Assembly (NCBI GenBank): GCA_051879015.1
Contig: JBJELF010000040.1
Span: 2,823-66,822 of the forward strand
Length of the DNA: 64,000 nt
Direction of reading: 5' to 3'
Source of the DNA: Lachnospiraceae bacterium
GTDB taxonomy: Bacteria; Bacillota; Clostridia; Lachnospirales; Lachnospiraceae
The notes beneath the pieces are model-generated. The model made no database searches, was not told where the DNA came from, and saw nothing but the letters and a program-made list of their open reading frames with translations. Of this stretch, positions 57,458-64,000 are shown one piece after another (position 1 is the first letter of the stretch; every line of letters starts with the position of its first letter). The position numbers and the translations under genes are program-made.

Positions 57458-57499
57458 TGCAGGTATGAAACTCCTTTCATGCCTGCATATTTTTTTTTC
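57458..57499 (+). terminator. Rho-independent terminator
   Basis: tgcaggtatgaaa-ctcc-tttcatgcctgca followed by tattttttttt. Confidence 0.85.
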
Positions 57500-57515
57500 T
57501 TCCTGCCATACTATT

Positions 57516-57562
57516 GATGTTGAGGTCAAAAGGTATTTTGACCTTTTGACTCTGGTATTATA
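57516..57562 (-). repeat. Dispersed hairpin repeat, short form
   Basis: gatgttgaggtcaaaaggtattttgaccttttgactctggtattata. Confidence 0.65.
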
Positions 57563-57595
57563 CGATTATAGATAATAAAGAATGGAGGAAAAGAA

Positions 57596-58579
57596 ATGAA
57601 GCATAAGATTGCCTTTTTTGATACGAAATCCTATGACAGAGAGTGGTTTGAAAAAATTCAGCAGAGTACCTTTGAAGTACGCTATCTAAAAGAAAAATTA
57701 AAAGCGGATACGGCAGCACTTGCTGATGGCTGTGAAGCAGTGGTAGTATTTGTGAATGACACGTTGGACAGAGAAGTTTTAAAACTGCTGAAACGTATGA
57801 ACATCCATCTTGTGGTGCTGCGCTGTACGGGTTTTAATAATGTAGATTTGGAGGCAGCAGCCTGCGAAGAAATTACAGTCCTTCGAGTTCCTGTCTATTC
57901 CCCTTATGCGGTAGCCGAGCATGCTATGGCATTGATTTTGGCTTTGAATCGAAAAGTTCATCGTGCTTACATTCGTACTCGCGATTATAATTTTCGATTA
58001 GATGGATTGATGGGCTTTGACCTGCATGGAAAGACGGTAGGAGTTGTGGGGACAGGAAAAATTGGACGGGCTTTTATCCGAATTTGCCAAGGGTTTGGTA
58101 TGGAAGTACTTGCCTATGACCCTTATCCAGCCAAAGATTTAGAGGTCAAATATGTGCCGATTGAGACAATTTTTCAACAATCGGATGTTATTAGCTTTCA
58201 CTGTCCACTGACAGAATCTAGCTATCATATGCTCAATGAGGAGAGAATTAAAATGGCAAAGAAAAATTTAATTGTAGTTAATACTTCCAGAGGAGCATTG
58301 ATTGATACAGCAGCTTTACTGAAAGCATTAAAAGAAAAGTGGATTGGGGCAGCTGGGCTGGATGTCTACGAGGAGGAAAGTGAATATTTCTTTGAAGATT
58401 ATTCCGAGGAAGTGAGGGAAGATGATTTACTGTCAGTTTTGATTTCTTTTCCAAATGTAATTATGACTGGACATCAGGCATTCTTTACACAAGAAGCAAT
58501 TTCAGAGATTGCTCAGACGACTTTTCAAAATTTGAGGGATTACTTTGAAGAGCGGCCGCTGATGAATGAAATTTGCTAG
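57596..58579 (+). CDS. D-isomer-specific 2-hydroxyacid dehydrogenase (D-lactate dehydrogenase-like)
   Basis: GVVGTGKIGRAF NAD motif, NTSRGALID and LDVYEEE...TGHQAFFT. Confidence 0.85.
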   Translation: MKHKIAFFDTKSYDREWFEKIQQSTFEVRYLKEKLKADTAALADGCEAVVVFVNDTLDREVLKLLKRMNIHLVVLRCTGFNNVDLEAAACEEITVLRVPVYSPYAVAEHAMALILALNRKVHRAYIRTRDYNFRLDGLMGFDLHGKTVGVVGTGKIGRAFIRICQGFGMEVLAYDPYPAKDLEVKYVPIETIFQQSDVISFHCPLTESSYHMLNEERIKMAKKNLIVVNTSRGALIDTAALLKALKEKWIGAAGLDVYEEESEYFFEDYSEEVREDDLLSVLISFPNVIMTGHQAFFTQEAISEIAQTTFQNLRDYFEERPLMNEIC

Positions 58580-58596
58580 GATGGGTGATTAAAATT

Positions 58597-58638
58597 GCGG
58601 CGGTTAGTTGAAACTTGACTTTTTCAACTAACTGCCGC
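58597..58638. terminator. Bidirectional terminator hairpin between convergent genes
   Basis: gcggcggttagttgaaa-cttgact-tttcaactaactgccgc (17-bp stem). Confidence 0.75.
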
Positions 58639-58692
58639 ATAAGGTGCATATTGCTAAACAATTTTTTGATATGTTATTTGGTGATAGGTAAG

Positions 58693-59931
58693 TTATTCGT
58701 GTTTAATAATCTGTGAAGCAGGTACATAGCCGATATAGGTATTGGCAATCAAAACTTTGTAATAAGCAATATGATTGCTGGATGTAGTTTCTTCCAACAC
58801 ATCAATAAGATTTCCCTGTCCGAGATAAGGCCAGCCTTTGATAGAAATATTGGAACCAGGCGCAGTTTCAACACGTACCCAATCGTTGCGGATTTCTCCC
58901 ACAAAATTGGAAAAAGAGTTTTTTCGAATATAGTATGAATTTACATAACCGACTATATTTTGATTGGTTCGAACTTGATACCATAAATTGCCGTCCACGG
59001 AAGTTGTGGAGGACAGGATGTTCACTGGACTGTTATTTAACAGGGTGGTGAGGACATTGTTGATATAAGGATTTGCCTCGGAACGCACATTTAAAGCATC
59101 TGCTTCGGGAACCTGATAGACATATCCAGTTTGTTCTGTTGAAATATTGGTACTTGAATTTGTTGTGGTACGATTAAAGTAGGAAGCAATTGCCTGAGCC
59201 TTGGCTGCTGCCAGATTTTTTAAATTTTCTGTATCCATTAAATATTTGCATTCTGTTGGATTTGTGTGAAATCCATGCTCCAAGATGAAACTGTACTGTA
59301 CGGGACCGCTTTGAGCCTGGGCTGCATTAGTGGCATATCCGACAGAACTGCGGATTACTCCATAATAATCCATTGCTGGGTTGAGGTTATAGTCACGAGT
59401 TTGAATTTCATGTCGATTATATGTAACACCAGTTACTTTGTTCATTTCATTGGCGACTGTATCAAGCATATAATTGATAAAGTTGCTATTTTCAGAGGAT
59501 AGATGTTTGCTGGTTATGGCAACTACTCCAGTTGCACTGGCAGAAGCTGCATTCGTGTGATTTGACATAAAAATAACGGTCTGATACCCAGAGGCATTAT
59601 TAACAGCCATATCTCCTCTGGCTGTCAAAGATGGCGATGACTGGTCATCTCTTGTTAAGATGACATCAAAACCATATTGTTGTAAGTACATTTTTTCGTA
59701 GGTAGATAAAATATACATTTGGACACCCTCGTCATATCCATCTAGCACTCCTTTGTTGGAACCCGTTTGATGTCCGGGATCAATGACAATTAAAATGCCA
59801 TTGGAGGAAGCCTGCCCAGAATCTGTCTGGATTGATGTAAAGACAGAAAAGAGCAATGTTATAATGAGTGTACAAGATAGAAACTTTAATCCTATCTTTT
59901 GTTTCATAAAATAGTTTAGCAGTAGTTTCAT
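58693..59931 (-). CDS. N-acetylmuramoyl-L-alanine amidase (Amidase_3) with two C-terminal SH3-like domains
   Basis: VIDPGHQTGSN and FMSNHTNA amidase_3 motifs, followed by two LNVRS...GYV SH3b-like repeats. Start re-picked at MKLLLNYF (59931), after GAGGGGGA. Confidence 0.82.
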   Translation of the reverse strand: MKLLLNYFMKQKIGLKFLSCTLIITLLFSVFTSIQTDSGQASSNGILIVIDPGHQTGSNKGVLDGYDEGVQMYILSTYEKMYLQQYGFDVILTRDDQSSPSLTARGDMAVNNASGYQTVIFMSNHTNAASASATGVVAITSKHLSSENSNFINYMLDTVANEMNKVTGVTYNRHEIQTRDYNLNPAMDYYGVIRSSVGYATNAAQAQSGPVQYSFILEHGFHTNPTECKYLMDTENLKNLAAAKAQAIASYFNRTTTNSSTNISTEQTGYVYQVPEADALNVRSEANPYINNVLTTLLNNSPVNILSSTTSVDGNLWYQVRTNQNIVGYVNSYYIRKNSFSNFVGEIRNDWVRVETAPGSNISIKGWPYLGQGNLIDVLEETTSSNHIAYYKVLIANTYIGYVPASQIIKHE

Positions 59932-60065
59932 CAGAATCCCCCTCAAATCAAATATAGTAAGTGGTATAAACCCATGCAATGCAATAAATTATTATTGCAT
60001 ATTATATACTACAATAAAATTTACAAATTGTCTATTTAATTTTGACAAATTTGTAAAAATATCAT

Positions 60066-60097
60066 AAATAAAAACCAGACTGCAGAGAGTCTGGTTT
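60066..60097 (-). terminator. Rho-independent terminator (minus strand) after the deacetylase gene
   Basis: The minus strand reads aaccagactctctgcagtctggtt followed by tttatttat. Confidence 0.75.
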
Positions 60098-60205
60098 GTT
60101 ATAGATTGCCCGTCCGCAGACGAGCAATTGTTACTGATGCGGCACGGAGAGTAATTGAAAAAATTTTTAATTATTTGATGGTACAGTACCCATAAAAAAT
60201 TCAAG

Positions 60206-61123
60206 CTATTTGTAAACTCCGAAAAGAAATCCTTTATTTCGAGCGGTGTCAATAAAATCAGGAAGGATGGCTGTATTTGTGGAGGAGACTGCGTGAAGTA
60301 AATAAATTGCACCGTTGTGCAGTTGAGAGGTGGTTTTCTCTAATCCTTCGCTTTGACTTGGCTGCGCCGTTGTGACCCAATCTTTGTAGGCAAAGCTCCA
60401 AAATACTGTGCGATATCCCATTTTTTGCAGAAGTGCCATGGATTGTTCAGAAAACATTCCTTTTGGATAACGGAAAAGATACATGGAGTAGGAGAAATTT
60501 TCAAGCATGTAATTGTGCAGCTCTATAATTTCTTCTGCCTGCTGTTTTAGAGATAGGGAGGGAAAACCTGATTCAGGGTGAGAAACGCTGTGATTTCCGA
60601 TTATATGACCTTCATCAATCATGCGGCGAATCAAGTCGGGATTTTCTTTGACATAAGGCATGGTTACAAAAAAGACTGCACTTACCTGTTTTTCTTTGAG
60701 AATGTCGAGAATTTGTGAGGTGTAGCCATTTTCATACCCTTCATCAAAGGTAAGATAAATTGTTGGCTCGTTAGCACCTAAGAAATCTGCATTATAGGAG
60801 GCGTACTTAGTTTGATATTGGACACTGCCGTTGGGACGGTTGTTTGCGTCTCGGTCTTTCGTGCTATATCCCCAGCTTTGCATGGTATTGTCTAAATGGG
60901 ATAGTGCTTGAAATTCCTCTTCTGATGGCAGTGCGAGAGGAGTGATGGCGGCGGGCGCGTCGGAGGAATCCTGATAGACAATAATTTCTGGATTTTCGCT
61001 GTTGGGCTTACTCTCCGAAGATAAAGGAGATTGCAAAGCGGATGGTTTGGCAGAAAAAGAGACCGAACATCCAGATAAAGTGAGTAAAGTGAGAACATAA
61101 AGGGGATAATATAAATATTTCAT
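60206..61123 (-). CDS. Polysaccharide deacetylase lipoprotein, PdaA-like (delta-lactam-biosynthetic de-N-acetylase type)
   Basis: Lipobox LTLSGCS, then IYLTFDEGYENGYTSQILDILK and GHIIGNHSVSHP. It begins 13 nt downstream of the sigG stop on the same strand. Confidence 0.7.
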   Translation of the reverse strand: MKYLYYPLYVLTLLTLSGCSVSFSAKPSALQSPLSSESKPNSENPEIIVYQDSSDAPAAITPLALPSEEEFQALSHLDNTMQSWGYSTKDRDANNRPNGSVQYQTKYASYNADFLGANEPTIYLTFDEGYENGYTSQILDILKEKQVSAVFFVTMPYVKENPDLIRRMIDEGHIIGNHSVSHPESGFPSLSLKQQAEEIIELHNYMLENFSYSMYLFRYPKGMFSEQSMALLQKMGYRTVFWSFAYKDWVTTAQPSQSEGLEKTTSQLHNGAIYLLHAVSSTNTAILPDFIDTARNKGFLFGVYK

Positions 61124-61135
61124 GAATGGAATCTC

Positions 61136-61912
61136 CTATTCTAGCCAGTTTCGCATATGTTTGAGAGCACCTTTTTCCAAGCGGCTAACTTGAGCTTGAG
61201 AAATGCCAATTTCCTCTGCTACTTCCATTTGGGTTTTTCCATCATAAAAGCGCATTTTGATAATGTTTTGTTCTCGGTTGGAAAGATGCTTTATGGCTTC
61301 ATTTAAGGCAATTTCTTGAATCCAAGTATCTTCTTTATTTTTTTTATCACTGATTTGATCCATGACATATAAGGTATCACCTCCATCATTGTAAACTGGG
61401 TCATAGAGACTAACTGGACTTTGTATGGCATCCATAGCAAAAATAATATCTTCCTTTGGAATACCTGTATTTTCTGCAATTTCGTAAATTGTTGGTTCTC
61501 GGTCAAGTGTGCGGGTCAATTGTTCTTTTGCATTGAGAGCACGGTAAGCGGTATCACGAAGGGAGCGGGAAACGCGCAGCGCATTGTTATCTCGCAGATA
61601 TCGGCGGATTTCGCCGACAATCATGGGAACCGCATAGGTAGAAAACTGTACGCCCTGGGTAATATCAAAATTATCAATCGCTTTCATCAGTCCAATACAT
61701 CCGATTTGGAATAAATCATCTACATTTTCATTATTGCTGGAAAAACGTTGAATAATACTGAGAACAAGCCGTAAGTTTCCTTGGATATACTGCTCTCGTG
61801 CTTTTTTGTCACCATTTATAATCTTCTGAAATAGTGCTTCCTTTTCTGTATTATTGAGAAGTGGAAGCTGGGCAGTGTTTACGCCGCAGATTTCTACTTT
61901 ATATAAGGGCAT
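61136..61912 (-). CDS. sigG: Sporulation sigma factor SigG
   Basis: KVEICGVNTAQLPLL N-terminus, GNLRLVLSIIQRF, DDLFQIGCIGLMKAIDNFD, FSTYAVPMIVGEIRRYLRDNNALRVSRSLRD and a region 4 HTH. Start re-picked at MPLYKVE (61912), after GGAGG. Confidence 0.9.
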   Translation of the reverse strand: MPLYKVEICGVNTAQLPLLNNTEKEALFQKIINGDKKAREQYIQGNLRLVLSIIQRFSSNNENVDDLFQIGCIGLMKAIDNFDITQGVQFSTYAVPMIVGEIRRYLRDNNALRVSRSLRDTAYRALNAKEQLTRTLDREPTIYEIAENTGIPKEDIIFAMDAIQSPVSLYDPVYNDGGDTLYVMDQISDKKNKEDTWIQEIALNEAIKHLSNREQNIIKMRFYDGKTQMEVAEEIGISQAQVSRLEKGALKHMRNWLE

Positions 61913-61959
61913 AAGATTTACCTCCGGTATTGTATTATTTATGGTGATGTTCATAGAGA

Positions 61960-61989
61960 TAGCATTGGCACAAGGACACAAAATTATTC
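61960..61989 (-). promoter_or_regulatory. Candidate forespore (sigma-F/sigma-G type) promoter for sigG
   Basis: The minus strand reads tGAATA, a 17-nt spacer, then CAATGCTA. This resembles the GHATA-N17/18-CATnnTA forespore consensus. Confidence 0.4.
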
Positions 61990-62151
61990 AAAAATTTTAT
62001 GAATTTGAAGTTTGGCATTGTGAAGTTGGGAAAAACGTGGTAAACTAGGAAAAATTCGTATAGAAAAAGAGGAATGGCTGCGGTATTTTGGTAATATATG
62101 GGGAGCTGCAGCAAAATGATGAAAAATCTAATTGTACTGAAGGAGTATTCT

Positions 62152-62931
62152 ATGGACATAAAAATCATTGTGGCAGCACATAAGGTATGTGAGATGCCTA
62201 CAGAAAGTATGTATTACCCGATTCATGTGGGTGCATATAAGAAACCGTTTATTGGCTATCAAAAAGATTGTGAGGGCGGAGCTCATATTTCACAGAAAAA
62301 TCCAACTTATTGTGAGTTGACAGGAATTTACTGGGCGTGGAAACATTTGAAGGCTGATTACATTGGCTTGGTACATTATCGGAGATTGTTTCGTTCAAAG
62401 GGTTTGATTTATAAAAAGACAATGAAGCATGTTTTGAAACAAAAACAATTGGAAAAAATGTTGAAGAAATGGGATTTGATTCTGCCCAAAAAGAGAAATT
62501 ATATGATTGAGAGCGTTTACAGTCATTATTGTCATACTCATTATCAAAAAGATTTGGATGAAGCTGGAAGAGTAGTGAAAGAGCTGTATCCCGATTATTA
62601 TGAGGCGTATCAAAAAAGAATGCAAAGTCGTTCCGCACATATGTTTAATATGTTTATTATGAAATGGGAGCTGTTTGACCAGTATTGCAGCTGGATTTTT
62701 CCACTGTTGGAAGAATTGGAGAAACGGCTGGATTTGACTGGATATACTCCTTTTGAGGCAAGAGTATATGGGCGTATCAGTGAGTTGATGCTGGATGTAT
62801 GGATTGAGAAGAATCAGCTGACGTACAAGGAAATTCCATTTATGTATATTGGAAAAGTAGATTGGGGTAAAAAAATTATGGGATTTTTGAAAGCCAAGTT
62901 TTGGGGCGTGAGATATACGGAGAGTTTTTAA
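62152..62931 (+). CDS. DUF4422 domain protein (putative glycosyltransferase for surface polysaccharide)
   Basis: MDIKIIVAAHK...YYPIHVGA...CELTGIYWAWKH...GLVHYRR is the typical DUF4422 N-terminus. Start re-picked after GAAGGAG. Confidence 0.75.
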   Translation: MDIKIIVAAHKVCEMPTESMYYPIHVGAYKKPFIGYQKDCEGGAHISQKNPTYCELTGIYWAWKHLKADYIGLVHYRRLFRSKGLIYKKTMKHVLKQKQLEKMLKKWDLILPKKRNYMIESVYSHYCHTHYQKDLDEAGRVVKELYPDYYEAYQKRMQSRSAHMFNMFIMKWELFDQYCSWIFPLLEELEKRLDLTGYTPFEARVYGRISELMLDVWIEKNQLTYKEIPFMYIGKVDWGKKIMGFLKAKFWGVRYTESF

Positions 62932-63003
62932 AGATATGAGTTTGCTGCAGGATAAGACAGGCTGGTAGGAATGTGGTGCAGCTGTCTTTAAGTTGGCAGG
63001 ATA

Positions 63004-63047
63004 TTATGATACCACAACGTGTGTAGTGGTATTTTGACCCTTTAGGG
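63004..63047 (+). repeat. Possible degenerate copy of the dispersed repeat
   Basis: ttatgataccacaacgtgtgtagtggtattttgaccctttaggg shares the TATGATACCA and TTTTGACCCTTT blocks. Confidence 0.4.
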
Positions 63048-63066
63048 AAAAGAGGTGAGCGAGTGT

Positions 63067-64000
63067 ATGAGTGAAAGAATCAGTCAGAGCCAGTCAAAAG
63101 TAAGTGTTAAAAAAAATAATAAAAATGTTGGAAAAACATATCAAAAAACAAATTCACAGACAAATTCAGGGAAAAATCCGCAAGCAAAGCAAAGAAATGA
63201 TGCTCAAAAGGCTCCAAATGCAAAATTAAGGGAAGATAAAAAGGTAAATCTGTCGAAGCCTTTCTCCAGTCAGCAAAATCAGAAAAGTCAGAAGGAAAGT
63301 CGGGAAGAAGAGTTTGATATTCCGATTGTCAGAGAATTAATTTGTCTGGCAGTAATAACCCTTTTAATCTTAATTTTTGTCAGTTGTTTTGTGAACTATG
63401 AAAGTGCAATGTATTGGCTTAAGCAAATTCAGCTGGGATTGTTTGGCGGGATGGGGTATGTGATTCCTGTTATTGCCATAGGAGTTGTTATTTGGATTTA
63501 CTTTAAAGGATGGAAGTTCAAAAATAAAATCAAAGTGATTAGCATTGTGGTGATGTCAATCTTGCTGTGCAGTATGTTTCAGATGTATTCTAAAGAAGGA
63601 TTTTCGAGCAGCAATTCTATTCTTTATTATTTTGTGACAAGCCAGAATGGTTCGGGTGGCGGTTTGATTGGCTGTCTGCTGCTTAAGATCCTGTATCCGG
63701 TTTTGGGTACGTTAGGCTGTATGATTGTTTTTTTCTTTTTTATGATTGGCGTGATGATGATTTTGACGGAAAAATCCTTTATGGAGTTCATCAAGTATTG
63801 TATGTATGAAGTAAAAAATATGATTATACTCTTAAAACAATCAGAATTGAGAAATGAAAAAATCTTAAATAAACCTAAATTAGAATTAGTCCATAAAAGT
63901 GAAAAAAAAATATCAGAAGAGAATAAATCAAATCAGGTGGAAAACAGGAAAAAAGTTGAATTTAAAATTGAACATATGGATGATTATGACGAAGACAGGG
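63067..64000 (+). CDS. ftsK: DNA translocase FtsK/SpoIIIE, N-terminal part (runs off the right edge)
   Basis: My translation from the ATG at 63067 gives a K/Q/N-rich tail and then four TM segments (LICLAVITLLILIFV, GLFGGMGYVIPVIAIGVVIWI, SIVVMSILLC and GGGLIGCLL...LGCMIVFFFFMIGVMMIL), typical of the FtsK_4TM domain. It stays open to the window end and is not in the ORF track. Confidence 0.75.
   Translation, partial: MSERISQSQSKVSVKKNNKNVGKTYQKTNSQTNSGKNPQAKQRNDAQKAPNAKLREDKKVNLSKPFSSQQNQKSQKESREEEFDIPIVRELICLAVITLLILIFVSCFVNYESAMYWLKQIQLGLFGGMGYVIPVIAIGVVIWIYFKGWKFKNKIKVISIVVMSILLCSMFQMYSKEGFSSSNSILYYFVTSQNGSGGGLIGCLLLKILYPVLGTLGCMIVFFFFMIGVMMILTEKSFMEFIKYCMYEVKNMIILLKQSELRNEKILNKPKLELVHKSEKKISEENKSNQVENRKKVEFKIEHMDDYDEDR

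Overview
The window is a 64 kb stretch of core chromosome from a spore-forming Firmicute of the class Clostridia. Supporting markers are sigG, a SCIFF peptide with its maturase, gatCAB, and hrcA-grpE-dnaK-dnaJ with a CIRCE operator. GC content is roughly 40-45% by eye. Almost all of it is housekeeping: glycolysis (pyk, pfkA), translation (typA, lepA, gatCAB, tgt), secretion (secDF, yajC), branched-chain amino acid synthesis (leuB, ilvD, ilvB), chaperones, chromosome segregation (scpAB, ftsK) and many cell-wall enzymes.

The main anomaly is dnaE, the replicative DNA polymerase III alpha gene. It is split into three exons, each in a different reading frame, by two homologous ORF-less group II introns of 1057 nt and 964 nt. 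Each has a GUGCG or GUUCG 5' end, a 34-nt domain V with a CGC triad, an extended domain VI with a bulged A 8 nt from the 3' end, and a UAU 3' end. Removing them restores the conserved KMD|FLGLRTL and FNK|SHAAAY motifs exactly. No maturase ORF is present in either intron or anywhere else in the window.

Other observations:
- An unlisted 46-aa SCIFF precursor ORF lies upstream of its radical SAM maturase, with a hairpin between the two genes.
- A modular, hairpin-rich repeat family occurs at 12 or more intergenic sites.
- A partial resolvase-like ORF with degenerate catalytic motifs sits at the left edge.
- sigG is followed by a pdaA-like deacetylase and an amidase, all on the minus strand.
- A 640-nt non-coding gap precedes leuB.

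Everything was done by eye, with no searches or structure computation. Intron boundaries carry about 1-2 nt of ambiguity, and several CDS starts were re-picked from ribosome-binding sites.
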